A stretch of 52,370 nucleotides of DNA, from assembly GCA_048213135.1 (NCBI GenBank), contig PS015098.1, positions 1 to 52,370 of the forward strand, given 5' to 3'. Positions within the stretch are counted from its first letter, which is position 1. Every line of letters begins with the position of its first letter. A model generated the notes under the pieces. The model saw only the letters and a program-made list of their open reading frames with translations. It did not search any database and had not been told where the DNA came from. A program made the position numbers and the translations under genes. Of the stretch, positions 35,740 through 48,558 are shown piece by piece. This stretch comes from Reclinomonas americana ATCC 50394. Taxonomy: Eukaryota.

Positions 35740-38700
35740 CTACTCGTACAAGTCACCCTCCAAGTCAGCATCCTCGTGCTCCGCCACTGGATATCCAGCG
35801 GCGGCCGGCAAGCCGTACACCGATTGCGAGGAGTAGGCGTCTACCACGTGCAGGTGACGGAAGCCGTCTGCTCGTTGGAAAGAGGGAAAGATATGTTAGC
35901 GATGTAGGCAGTCGACATCACGAGGCAAAATAGCACGCACTGATAAAGTTGGTGAGGTCGACACGCGGCAGGTGATACTGCGCGGCGGCGAAACCGCTTC
36001 CGCTCCCACCATCGCCATACCCACCGTGGTACGACACACGTCCGCGACCGCGCTGAACGGGCTCCGGCGCACACACACGCTGCAGCTGGGTGTTGAGGTT
36101 CTCCATGGCCTGCAGGAACACATGCGGCCTCTCCGCCGACACGCCCAGCGCCATGTTCACTTGCGACTCCAGCTGCACCAGATTCGTGCGCTGCTCGTCG
36201 ACCATGCGGATGTCGCCTGAGCGCGAGGAGAAGGAGGGGTGAGACGAACTGAACAAAATATCGCGCACTCTCTCTCTCTTTCCTCCCCGGCGCAACTGCT
36301 GGCCTTGGCCGCCCTAGCTGCGGCAATCTTGTCCAGCGACTCCAGCAACTCCTGTCGCTTCGTACGGATCATCTCCTCCAGCTGGTCGAACTGCTGATTC
36401 AACTGTGTGCGCGCACGTGTCAGGCGAAGGGCATTCATTCGTCATCGATAACGACGGAGGGACGGACCTTGGCACGGGTGGCTGACAACTCTTCAGTGAC
36501 CGTCTCGGGAACACGCTCGCACATAATTGTCTGCTTCTGCAGTGCCTCCATCTTGGTGGTCAGTTGCGGAAGCTGTTCATGCGCGCGTGTCACAGGTCAG
36601 ATTATCAATGAATGACAGAAATGACAAGCATGGCTGGGAAAAACAACTACCTTGCCGTGTGTTTGGTTTGTCAGCGGCTGAATTGCGTCCTCGTAGAACA
36701 CGCAGTTACTGCGGGTAATACCCTTGCTGCAGCACATCCAGTGAGCAACCGAGAGAGAGGCAGCGAATGCAGCAACAGAATACGCAACGAAAACACGCAT
36801 TCGTCGCACAAGCGTGAGCACTGGTCCAGATCGAAGAGCATGAGTTCCTTGTTGTGCTCCTCACACAACAAGAGCTCCGTCTGCGAAGACGCGGTGAATA
36901 TTCGTGGACAACACTCCTTCCCTCCTTTCCCCCCTCGAACCTCGTCTTCGACAGCCAGCAACTCCTCCACCGACATGGTGGAGCGCTTGGATTGCTGACG
37001 GCGCACAGACTTGACAAAGCTGAGCACACTCGCGCCAGACGAAATGGTGGAGACGGCAGAGCACCAGTTGCACTGCGCCACGTTGGAGTGCAGCGGGTAC
37101 ATGCGCAGCGCGCAGGACTTGCAGAGGGGGTGCGGCGCGGCGCACGCCGGCAGGTGCACGTAGTCGTCCACCAGCACCTCCTTGCAGACAATGCATTGGA
37201 GGCGATCCGCGGTGGAGGTCGGCGAGGCGCTCTGTGACTGGCTGGCGTGAGAGCAGGGGAGAGGGAGACCAAGACAAGGAGGGGTAAGAGCTGCGTGTGT
37301 GCGTGCGTCAGTCTCTCTCTCTCTCTACGTGTACGTGTGGGAGAGAGTGTGTGAAGAGAAAGGGGAAATAGACTCACCGACTCGGCAGCCACAGTGGCGG
37401 TCGGCGAAGCACTCTGTTGGAGCACCACAAGGTGAGAAACGATACCGACTCGCTATCATGGCTCGGCACATACCTTGGGCGGCGTGCGGACCTGTGATGA
37501 ACAGCGAACGATGCGGTGAGTACAGAAATCGGAGGAGGAGTGTATACGTGCAAAAGCGAAACATACCGTCTGCGTGATAGTGCCGGAATTGACAAGGAGG
37601 CAGGCGAACAGAGTGAGAACTCGTGACAGGAGGGATGAGGGGAAGCAGGGAGAGGAGACACCTTTGGCGGGCTGGGGGACTGCGGGTAGACAATGATGGT
37701 GAGCCATTGTTGCAATGCAGACAAGAGAGCTGTGAGACAAACCTTTGTGTCGGCGGCCACCGTCTGTTCGTGTAAATAACAAAGACTTTGTGAGGGAGAG
37801 ACTGGAAAAGCAAGGAGAGAACAATTGACACGCGGTACGAAACACGAGGCGGAGAAATGCTCTGCATGCCGTGCGCTTATGAGCAACGCACGAGACAAAG
37901 ACGGTGACGGAAGAGATACTCACCACTGGTGACTTGGCGACTTCCGACGGCATCAAGCTGCGACAGTGAGTGATGGTGAGACGTGCGGAGGAGCGTACGA
38001 CAAGCGACAACGCGATGCAACACCTGTCCAATTCGCGAGGCGACGACGACACCGGCGGTGGGGCCATTTCCGTATCGCCCTCCACCTCCATCAGTTCCGA
38101 CTCTGCCTCCTCCTTCTTGTGCGTGCGCACCTCGGGGGAGTCGGCGGCAACGGCAGACACCGTGCCCACCGCCCGGCTGCTCTTCTTCTTGTACTTGCCC
38201 TTCAGCTTCTTGGCGGCCTCCAGAGCGCGGGCCGTCTCCTCCTCCGATGCCGCAGGCAGGACCTCCTCGTCGACAGGCTGTGCACCTGCGCAATGGAGGA
38301 AGGGTGGGAATGGGGAAAGGGAATGGGGAAAGGCGGGGAACAAGAGAGAGAGAGAGAAAAGACAGACTAGAAAATATTCCGGTGTCCTCCTCTTCTCCTT
38401 GCTTTCTTATGACTCAACATTGTGACACACGAAGAGAAAGATATAAAGATGAGAGAAGAGACAGAGAGAAAGCACAGACATTCCTTCGTGTCTCTCTATT
38501 CGCCTTTCTTTCGCACTATCATCATTGACGAGACATGAATAAAGAGACACAAGGAAGTCAGAATCAGGCAGGCCAGACAAACAACGACAAGAAATCGTGT
38601 CCTTCTCTCTTCTCGTCGCTTTTCTATGACTTAACATTGTGATACACGAAGAGAAAGATATAAAGATGAGAAAAGAAACAGAGAGAAAACACAGATATTC

Positions 38701-40032
38701 CTTCGTGCTTCTCTATTCTCTCTGATTTCTCATGACTCAACATTGACTATTCATGAAATGTCAGACAGAACAACAAGATTTCCCTGCGTGCTTTTCTATT
38801 CTCCTTGCTTTCCCATGATTTCCACATCGACGAGACATGAAGGGGAAGACACAAGAGCGAAGCAGGAAGGCCGGACAGACGCGTTCTTCTCGATCCCCCT
38901 TGCATTCCCATGACTTCACATTGAAGTTGCATGAAGGGGGATGAGAGAAGAGACAGAGAGAAAAGACAGTTATTCCTTGGTGCTTCGCACTCTTTCCTCG
39001 TTTCCTCATGGCTCGTGGCTGGGGAAGGAACGGCCAACGAAGGAAAAAGAGAGAGAGAGAAGAGACAGACATACCAAAGAGAAGGTAATTCATGCACGTG
39101 CTTCTTTCTCTCTCTCTCTCTCCATTCTCCTTCACCTCCAGGTGATATCTTCCAGTTCAGCAACTGAATCGACAACACGAGCTTTCTCTCTCACAAACAT
39201 GCAGTCTTGCTTTTCCCTTGCGCAGCCTGCGAATCGACGACACGGAAGACACATATTCCTGCATACTTCTCTTTCTCTTTACCGCTCCACGCACCATATC
39301 GAAGCGGAACCTTTGCAGGCAGCTTGGGCTGCTTGTGCACCATACCGCCGCCCTCAAACTCCTGCCTCTGCAGCTCCTGCGCCATGAGATACGACGGATC
39401 GCTCTCGTCAATCTCCGGCGCCGCAGCCTCTTGCAGTTGCTGTGAGAGAAGATTCAGCACAAAGACACAGCAGTGGCTCTGCAACGGTCAGCCACGCACG
39501 TCTTGCATGTCGAAATACGCCTGGACTTGATCGGCGAATTCCTGTTCTGTCAACGTGCCCGCATCCAGCGCCGCGTGCAACGACTCCAGTGTCACCTCCG
39601 GCGCAGGCTGTGACTGCGCCTGCTGCATGGCCTGCTGCAGCGCGCTCAACAGATCATGATCATCGGCGGCCACGCTGGGTGGAGCCAGAGGAGGCGGAGG
39701 AGGCGGCGGAGAAGCTGTGTACTGCGCCACCGCCTGCTGAAAGGCATCCAACATCTCGGCAGTCGGCGGTTGATACGAAGGTGGCGGCAACATAGGGACG
39801 TCCTCCGATGCACTAGCACCCATCCACTTGCTGATGGCCTGCATGAAGTCGGGCGGAATCTGTGTTATGTAGCCTGTCACGTCAGACAAGCCAATGGATT
39901 GCCGGCGGGAAATTACAGCGCAACTGGTTCCGCTGCTGCTGCAGGAGGTGCAGGAGGAGGAGGAGGAGGAGCAGAATGCTCGTCAACTTCCATAGAAGGT
40001 GGTGGTGGTGGCGAAGAAGACTCGTCCGACAT
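35740..40032 (-). CDS. RING - B-box-like - coiled-coil (TRIM/RBCC-like) putative E3 ligase with long acidic/proline-rich N-terminal extension
   Basis: RING: LQCIVCKEVLVDDYVHLPACAAPHPLCKSC...AQCNWC (~37055-37200). B-box-like: LCEEHNKELMLFDLDQCSRLCDEC (~36795-36870). BBC-like coil: QLNQQFDQLEEMIRTKRQELLESLD. Upstream exons include SYLMAQELQRQE (MIU/UIM-like). Exon joining is inferred. Confidence 0.7.
38380..39130. repeat. Degenerate intronic tandem repeats
   Basis: GACTCAACATTGTGA.ACACGAAGAGAAAGATATAAAGATGAGA.AAGA.ACAGAGAGAAA recurs at ~38411 and ~38628, with further partial copies to ~38970. Confidence 0.75.
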
Positions 40033-40530
40033 GATCCTGAGAGGACGACAAGCACAGTTCAAAATTGTCAGATGCACACCTTGGAAGAAAGAGCACGACA
40101 AGCACACACAGACACGGAGAGAGGCAAGCACACACACACGCACAGACAGAGAGAGAAAAAGGAAACACGCGGCTATTTTTGTCACTGCTCATCGAGACGA
40201 GCAAGAGGCGCATGCACAGGCGCACAGAGAGCAGGAAAGACACACACGCACACACTCTCACACTCCGCTCACACACCGCTCACTCGTTGCAAAGAATAAA
40301 ACACAACACAAAATGCAACATGAAATTTCATGTCGAGGTCGACATCGACTCTTTGTTTGTGTTGGTGGATGCACCGCGTGAGCATTCTTGAGCGACACGT
40401 GTCTCCGCCTCCGCCTGTTTCCTCTGAGTCTGCCTCTGCGTCTGTTGTTTGTGTGCAACCAATGGCGTCTTCTTCTTCTTCTTTGAGTGCGCTGAGTCCG
40501 CGTGGAGTGTACATTGTTGGAGTTGCTCGG

Positions 40531-40671
<141 letters not shown>

Positions 40672-41439
40672 NNNNNNNNNNNNNNNNNNNNNNNNNNNNN
40701 NNNNNNNNNNNNNNNNNNNNNNNNNNNNNNNNNNNNNNNNNNNNNNNNNNNNNNNNNNNNNNNNNNNNNNNNNNNNNNNNNNNNNNNNNNNNNNNNNNNN
40801 NNNNNNNNNNNNNNNNNNNNNNNNNNNNNNNNNNNNNNNNNNNNNNNNNNNNNNNNNNNNNNNNNNNNNNNNNNNNNNNNNNNNNNNNNNNNNNNNNNNN
40901 NNNNNNNNNNNNNNNNNNNNNNNNNNNNNNNNNNNNNNNNNNNNNNNNNNNNNNNNNNNNNNNNNNNNNNNNNNNNNNNNNNNNNNNNNNNNNNNNNNNN
41001 NNNNNNNNNNNNNNNNNNNNNNNNNNNNNNNNNNNNNNNNNNNNNNNNNNNNNNNNNNNNNNNNNNNNNNNNNNNNNNNNNNNNNNNNNNNNNNNNNNNN
41101 NNNNNNNNNNNNNNNNNNNNNNNNNNNNNNNNNNNNNNNNNNNNNNNNNNNNNNNNNNNNNNNNNNNNNNNNNNNNNNNNNNNNNNNNNNNNNNNNNNNN
41201 NNNNNNNNNNNNNNNNNNNNNNNNNNNNNNNNNNNNNNNNNNNNNNNNNNNNNNNNNNNNNNNNNNNNNNNNNNNNNNNNNNNNNNNNNNNNNNNNNNNN
41301 NNNNNNNNNNNNNNNNNNNNNNNNNNNNNNNNNNNNNNNNNNNNNNNNNNNNNNNNNNNNNNNNNNNNNNNNNNNNNNNNNNNNNNNNNNNNNNNNNAAG
41401 CAACCAGAGCTGGAGCGGCCGAGAGACGGAGGGAGTTGT

Positions 41440-41770
41440 TGAGTGCATTTCGGAGATGCAGCGTGAGGAGACGAGTGCGTGAGTGAGCAAGAGAGAATGG
41501 AATGAGACTGCGGTGTTGATTGCGCTTCTTGGATTGAGTAACAAGAAACAAGTGACACGCACGACCGAGAGATGCTGAATGCATATCTGGGATGTAACAT
41601 GAGGAGACGAGTGGCAGTGTGAGCAGGAGATAAGAGACTGTTTGATTACGCATCTTGGATTGAGCAGCCAGAACTGGCAGGGAGAAGGGCATGTCTGAGA
41701 TGCAGCATGAGGAGACGAGCAAGAGAGAGTGGAAAGAGACTGCTACGCTTCTTCGATTGAGCAGCAACGC
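41440..41770. repeat. Degenerate ~120 bp intronic repeats
   Basis: GATG.A.C.TGAGGAGACGAG...AGAGACTG...CTTGGATTGAG recurs three times (~41455, ~41590, ~41699). Confidence 0.65.
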
Positions 41771-41886
41771 AGTGAGAAGGAGATAGTCTGCAATTTGAGC
41801 AAGAAGAAACAACTTGTGCAAACATAAGAAGAAGAGGAGAGATGCTGCATTGTCACTCGCTCACCTCGCTTTGTTTGGTTTCGCAG

Positions 41887-43109
41887 GTGTGCGCCAGTGG
41901 CATGAAGGCCATCATGCAAGCCTCGCTGCTGATCCAGGCCGGCATGCGTGACGTGGTGGTGGCGGGCGGAATGGAGTCCATGAGCAATGCGCCGCATTAC
42001 ATTACGTGTGCACGTTTTGGGTGCCGCTACGGCGAGTCCACGATGGTGGACGGTGTGCAACGGGATGGATTGACCGATGCGTTTGAGGGCTCCGCGTCCA
42101 TGGGTGAATTCGCTGAGCAGTTGCGTCTGGTGGTGATGGAGGAGGAATGCCCGCGTGCCTTTCCTTCTTCTTCGTGAGAGATTGACAGAGAAGCAGAGAA
42201 AAGGGAGAGATAAGCACGCACTTCACGCACGCAGAAAAGCGCAGTGTTTTCGTTCTTTCAGCACCAACCCATGATTCAGGACAGTCTTTGCACGGACGCA
42301 GAGAACTCAAATGCGTCATGTTTTCTTTCTCTCTCAAATCACTTCACTTCTCCCTAGAACTTGCGCTCGATCTTACTTCTCGTTTCATTCTCACTTCCTC
42401 ATCGTTTCTTTCCTATCTTTTCGTGCATGGCAATACATACGACCACGAGCCTCTCCCTCTCTTCTCCAGCACGCACAGACACTCTCTTCTTTCTCTCTCT
42501 CTCTCTCTCTCTGTGTGTAAATCAATTTCACTCACGTATCCTTCTTTCTTCCCTTCTTTCCAGTCTTTGTCGTAAATGCGCAACACACACGACCGCGAGC
42601 CTCTCTTCCCCAGCACACACGACTCTCTCTTCTTTCTGTCTCTCTGTCTCCTCTCTCCCTGTTCCTCTCCCCTACTTGCCGATTTCTGTCGCGTATGCAC
42701 AACACAAACGAACACTGACTTCTCCCTTTCTTCCCAAAAACACACAGACTCTCGGTTCTTTCTCTCTCTCTCTCCTGCTCCTTCCTTCGCTTTCTCCCAC
42801 AATTGCACCCTTCTTACTGTGTGAATCGGCAGGCTGGTCGACGAGCGCGGCTACACACGGGAAGCTATGGATGCCTTTGCCACTGAGAGCTACAAGCGCG
42901 CACTGGCGGCACAGGCCAGCGGCGAGTTTGACGAGGAGATTGTACCGGTGACAGTGACACAGCGCGGCAAGGGTGTGTGGACAGAACAATGTCGTGCCGT
43001 GCCATTCTCCTTGTTTGTTTGCGTGCGTGGAAGCAGCACTTGATTCCTGTTTCTCTATCTACATCTCTCTCCTTCGGATATTCACCTGCGCCCTGCTGTT
43101 TCCGCCCCG

Positions 43110-43142
<33 letters not shown>

Positions 43143-44058
43143 GTGTGGTGCGTGTTTTCCTGATGTGAACCACGAGTCCCCATGCAACTGAGTTTTCTGT
43201 TGAGACAGGTGTGAAAATCGCTCTCTCTCCCTTTCTCTCTTTGTCTCCATCCATCTCTCCCTCTCTCTCTCTCCCTCCCTTTCCGGAGTAATGTGTCAGG
43301 AAGTGTTTCGTGCTCAGACAAGTGCGCAGATCGCGTGCGCGCTCTCTGTCTCTATTCATGCCGTGGAGATTCCTTTCCTCTCACCCCTTCCCCACTCTGA
43401 CCCTTCTCCCCTTCTTCCCCCTCTCAGAAACCCAGGTCTCGCGCGACGAGGAACCCTCCCGCGGCGACCCCTCCAAGTTCAGCACCCTCCGCACCCCCTT
43501 CCGCCGCAACGGTCGAGTGACGGCCGCCACATCGAGCCCACTCAGCGACGGCGCCGCCGCCATGGTGGTCGTCAGCGGAGATTTTGTGTCGCGCCACCCC
43601 GAGGTAATGTGATCTCCAACTTCCCTTTCTTTCTTTTGTTTGCCACCCTTACACTCTTCCCGCAGCTGCGCGTGCTGGCCCAAATCATTGGCTTTGACGA
43701 CGCCGAGCAGGAGCCGGCGCGCTTCACCACCACTCCCGGCATCGCCGCACCGCAGGCCCTCAAGCGCGCCGGCATCAAGACCAGCGATGTGGCCTTTTGG
43801 GAGGTCAACGAGGCCTTTGCGTGCGTGGCCATGGCGTTTACCGAGGACACACACGCCGATCCGGCCACGGTGAATGCCAAGGGCGGTGCCGTCGCTCTCG
43901 GTCATCCCATTGGCTGCTCCGGCACTCGCATCGTTGGCACGCTGCTGTCAGTGCTGCAACAACGCGGTCGCCCCAACGATGTCGGCTGCGCCGCCATTTG
44001 CAACGGCGGTGGTGGTGCGTCGGCCATTGTCATTCGCAGGGTCGACTCGTCGTCGTGA
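41887..44058 (+). CDS. ACAT1: Acetyl-CoA C-acetyltransferase (ACAT1/Erg10-type thiolase II); 5' exons missing in gap
   Basis: Motifs [35 protein letters not shown] (NEAF), [17 protein letters not shown] and [10 protein letters not shown]. Exons ~41887-42103, 42833-42973, 43428-43603, 43666-44058. Confidence 0.95.
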
Positions 44059-44415
44059 AGTTGGCATTCACCAATGCGATGGAGTCGATATCGATGTCGA
44101 CAGCGAACGTAAAGCGTTTCTGTCGATTGTGTGCTGCTCCTTCGTGCACTTGCATTCTATTGTTGGCATGCTGCTGTCGATGGTGCTTCGACCGGTGTCA
44201 TTCGTAGAGTCGACCTTCACCAATGCAATGGAGTCGATATCGCTACGATGTCGAGCGAATTCGAACAAGAAGCGTTTCTGTCGATTGTGTGCTGCTCATA
44301 CGTACACTTGCGTTAGATTGTCGGCATGCTGCTGTCATTCGAAGGGTCGATTCGTCGTGAAGTCGACCTTCACCAATGCAATGGAGTCGATATCGATGTC
44401 GAGCGAATTCGAACA
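44041..44415. repeat. ~150 bp unit tandem repeat, about 2.5 copies, at the thiolase 3' end
   Basis: TTCACCAATGC.ATGGAGTCGATATCG at ~44067, ~44217 and ~44369; AAGCGTTTCTGTCGATTGTGTGCTGCTC occurs twice. Confidence 0.9.
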
Positions 44416-44478
44416 TAAAAGCTGTGTGTTTTGTCGTGTCGTGTTTGTCTTTCATCGTCCTCGGAGAGCACACGCACA

Positions 44479-45517
44479 ATGGCCAACCGCCTTCCATCGA
44501 CACCGCCCGCTCGCTACCTGCGCTGCTCAGTGCTGCACATGGAGGATCCCGAGCTGGTGCGCCATAGTGGACCAGTGAGAGCGCCCATGGTGTTCGCCGA
44601 CGACTACCGAGAGGGAGAGGAGATAATCGTGCGTGATAGCCTGCAACTGCACGGCAACGAGTTGCCGACAGTGTACACCGATCGCCTGCAAGTGCAAGTC
44701 GGCGATGTGCTCAACCTGGGCGGCTATCGCGAGTCTCGCTCGTACATTATCGGTGCGTGCGTGTCTGTCTCTCCTCCACACATACTCTCTCTTCCTCTCC
44801 TCACACGATCGTGGTCTCACACACACACACAGGCGACGGCTTTCGCGTGTTCCTGAATCCGGACATTGGCTCCTCCGGCTACCTCACCATCCCGCTCGCT
44901 GTCTCTCGTCTCTTCCGCAACGCGGTGGAAAAGTACTCCGAGGTGGAGTGGTCGTACATGGAGGTGGCGCAGGACGACGAGTGGTTGGTGGAGCGCCTCG
45001 GCGGAGTGGCGCCTGCCGAGTGGCGACTGGTGCTGAGCAGCGACGGTGGTGGCGGTGTCACCGACGTGACGCTCTTCACGCCCGACGACCACGAGCACTC
45101 GTTCGACGCCGACGACCCGGACGTCACACTCGGCTTCATGCAAGCGTACGTGGCCGCGCGTGCGCGCCCGCAAGTCTCGATCAGCGTGTCGGTCAACCTG
45201 CAGGGCGCCGAGGTGATGCGAGCGTTCAATGAACGCCATCCGACACCGGCACAAGTTGCGTGCGCGCCAAGCAGCGGTAGTGTTATGAAAGGCATGTGCG
45301 ACTCACCTTCCGCTCCTCACACCAGCAAATGCCGCCGACGCTGGACGCCGAGTGGTCGTGTCATGCAACCGGCGGTAGCGGCTCCTCCGTCAGTCGCAAC
45401 AGTCGCTTCCGTGTGACGGGTCCTCTCGACAGGCTCGACGAACAGCTCGCCGTGCTGCAAGAGTGGAGTGTGGGGTTCGAGGAGCAGATCACGGTGCATC
45501 ATGGCGTTCAGTACTAG
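44479..45517 (+). CDS. Hypothetical protein, 3 exons
   Basis: ATG 44479; intron ~44753-44832 joins GDVLNLGGYRESRSYII to GDGFRVFLNPDIGSSGYLTIP. A second intron lies at ~45259-45325; TAG at 45515-45517. Strong coding-like codon bias; no family recognised. Confidence 0.7.
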
Positions 45518-45536
45518 TGGCGATCGAGGTAATATA

Positions 45537-47772
45537 CACAGCCAGGACCATAGTGAGCCGTCCGGTACCGTATTTACTAGTACGTATACTGGGCTTTCCT
45601 TCCACTTCACCGTCCGGTGCCGTATGAGTTGCCAGCGATTCCGATGCCGTCCGGTCACTCATCACCACCCAAGTCTTTGTACGGCACCGTAACCATTCTT
45701 CTGCGCCGCCGGACGGTGCCGTCCGGCTACTCACCACTCCCGCGAGTCTCCGAACGGCACCGTCACCAACATCCTGCGTCACCGCTGCGAACGGTGTCGC
45801 GAGAATGCATGAATGGCAACCTCACACATCACGCATCACCACTCGAGCCCAGCCATGCACGTGAGCATTGCGAGGCCACGACCATTGTCGCTTCGTGATC
45901 ACTCTCCAGCGTAGCGGCCAGCGGCCAGCGTGCCATCTTCTGCATGTGCGCTGCAGTGGTGTGGTGCTTGTGTTGATGCATCTCTCGCGCCACAGTCGCA
46001 TCCACTGTCGACGTGGACGAGCGGTTGCCATGCTCTTTGCCACACTGTTGTGGATGGCTGCTGCAGCAGTGCACCGCTGCCACTGTTTCTTTGCGAGTGA
46101 GCATTCTGCCATTCCAGTGTGATCAACCAACGACTTGTCTCTTGTTCGCTTGCATGTGCGCGCAGAAGTCTGTCTCCGTGTGCCAGGTGCACAGAGTTGA
46201 TCCGTGTGCTGTCCCTCTCTGACCATGTTCGCTACTCACGCTGCGTGAGCCTCTGCCGTCTTGGCGTGGCAAGTGAGGTTTTTTGTTGTTTGAGCATTTT
46301 TCCGATGTGCTTCCTTGCTCACCCTTGTTCATGCCTGCGCACCCTTGCGTCGAGACAGGCTTCTCCAGCACACACTCAGTGATGCATGTGAGAGTGGCCC
46401 ACTGTTGATGCGCGTGTGCCGTGCCACGTCGTTCCCATCGTGTGAGTGATGACTTGTTTGTTTGGGCATTTTTCCGAGCATGTCACTCACCGAAGAGGCC
46501 GTCGTCTGTAGCAGCACAGTGAACCACTCTGCGTCCTTGGTGCGTGCCTTGCTACCTGCGAGCTCGTGGTGACGCACATCATGCATGATCTCTTTGAGGT
46601 TGGGCTGTCGTGGTGTCCTCGCACACATCACATCTCATTTGAGCACTGGTAACCTCTTGCGCCATCTGTTCTCTCTCTCATTGAGCAGCATTGCTGCAAT
46701 TCTCGGCATGAGCGATCGGTGTGACTGAGCCTCTTTCCAGGAGCCCTCATTGTATCTGGCCGTCACCTTCACCGCAGCGTCGTCTTCGTTGTTGCGTGTT
46801 GACACCGTTGCAGTGCCACTCGTGTCGTCGGTATCCATGAGTAGTGCGTGCTCCCGGCGACTGCGATGTGCGCCGTGGTGTGCTAATGTGTGGCAGACAT
46901 GTCACATGCATATGGTGCTGTCTCCGTTCTCGTAATGAGGTGAGCAAAAGCTGTGAAGTGCCATGTGCTGCATGATCACGGTTGGTTGACACTGTATCGA
47001 AGTGGCTTCTTGCTCAATCGAGCAACAGCATTGACGATGGTGCATTCGAGGAACCAAGTGGCACAGATAGTACATTCGGTTTGATGGTGAGTCTCACTCT
47101 CTCTCCTCTCAGTCCTCGTGCTGTATTTGATGCACAGATGCATTGTGAGACACTGCGCTCTGTACGACCTGCACGTTCTCATGCGATGTTCGCCGTGCAG
47201 ATACTCGCTCATCTTCGTGGAGGCTCTGTGGAGTTCGTTCACGGCTGTGTTTCAAGACTTGACTGCATCGCTGCCGAATGACGGGTGCTTGCGTCTCCGC
47301 TTGGCGGTGGAACGACTGTTTACGATCGTGCCCAGACTTGCTTGCGTAACGCTGTCGCTGGATGGCTCTTTGCCGGTGCTGCTGCCGAGCTGTTACAAGG
47401 AGAATGTCGACCTCGTCTTGTGACTGTCATGCGGAGGTGCTGGATCCTTCTGGAGTGGAGCTGGATTGTGCTAGCAGTTCGTGTGCCACCGATTGCTGGG
47501 TGATGGATGCTTCTCGTGATCGGGGGCGCTTCCTGTGTCAACACTGCGCGAAGGACTTCACGAGTTTCCGACTCTGGCGTTTTTATTTGTTTTTTCTATA
47601 ATAGAGCATTTTGTATGAGTATGAGTGAATCCATGGAGTGTGGCACCTGTAGTAGATGGTGGGTGGTGGGGCGAGGGAGTACATGCAAAACGGAGCAGGG
47701 GCGGGGGCGGGGGGCGGGGGCAGCCCCGGCTGAAAATGGGCACCGTACCCCCGCGGGACAGTCCTGGCTGTG
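45537..47772. mobile_element. ~2.2 kb element bounded by terminal inverted repeats (putative non-autonomous or decayed DNA transposon)
   Basis: CACAGCCAGGAC (45537-45548) and GTCCTGGCTGTG (47761-47772) are perfect inverted repeats, each flanked by TA (15 bp perfect including flanks). The interior has no long ORF. Confidence 0.6.
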
Positions 47773-47860
47773 TATTTATAGCCGTCCCCAAAAAACTGTG
47801 AGAACATGAGCGCTGGTCCTTCCAACACTGACACAGATGCTGGTGCCAGCGGTGAGTGCG

Positions 47861-47884
47861 GTGTGTGTGTGTGTGTATGTGTGT

Positions 47885-47970
<86 letters not shown>
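47861..47970. repeat. (GT)n microsatellite
   Basis: Long dinucleotide run ending at an N gap. Similar runs at 6137-6191, 8811-8881 and 15883-15927. Confidence 0.98.
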
Positions 47971-47971
<1 letters not shown>

Positions 47972-48558
47972 GNNNNNNNNNNNNNNNNNNNNNNNNNNNN
48001 NNNNNNNNNNNNNNNNNNNNNNNNNNNNNNNNNNNNNNNNNNNNNNNNNNNNNNNNNNNNNNNNNNNNNNNNNNNNNNNNNNNNNNNNNNNNNNNNNNNN
48101 NNNNNNNNNNNNNNNNNNNNNNNNNNNNNNNNNNNNNNNNNNNNNNNNNNNNNNNNNNNNNNNNNNNNNNNNNNNNNNNNNNNNNNNNNNNNNNNNNNNN
48201 NNNNNNNNNNNNNNNNNNNNNNNNNNNNNNNNNNNNNNNNNNNNNNNNNNNNNNNNNNNNNNNNNNNNNNNNNNNNNNNNNNNNNNNNNNNNNNNNNNNN
48301 NNNNNNNNNNNNNNNNNNNNNNNNNNNNNNNNNNNNNNNNNNNNNNNNNNNNNNNNNNNNNNNNNNNNNNNNNNNNNNNNNNNNNNNNNNNNNNNNNNNN
48401 NNNNNNNNNNNNNNNNNNNNNNNNNNNNNNNNNNNNNNNNNNNNNNNNNNNNNNNNNNNNNNNNNNNNNNNNNNNNNNNNNNNNNNNNNNNNNNNNNNNN
48501 NNNNNNNNNNNTCAAGTATATAGTTGGTAGCTTATGCGGTACCGGTTGACGAGCGCGA

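Noticed and set aside
40269-40515. Small minus-strand ORF (MYTPRGLSALKEEEED...)
   Set aside because: Short, adjacent to a microsatellite and gap, with no recognisable motif.
44041-44415. CRISPR-like array
   Set aside because: The intervening sequences are homologous to each other, units are ~150 bp, the context is eukaryotic and no cas genes are seen.
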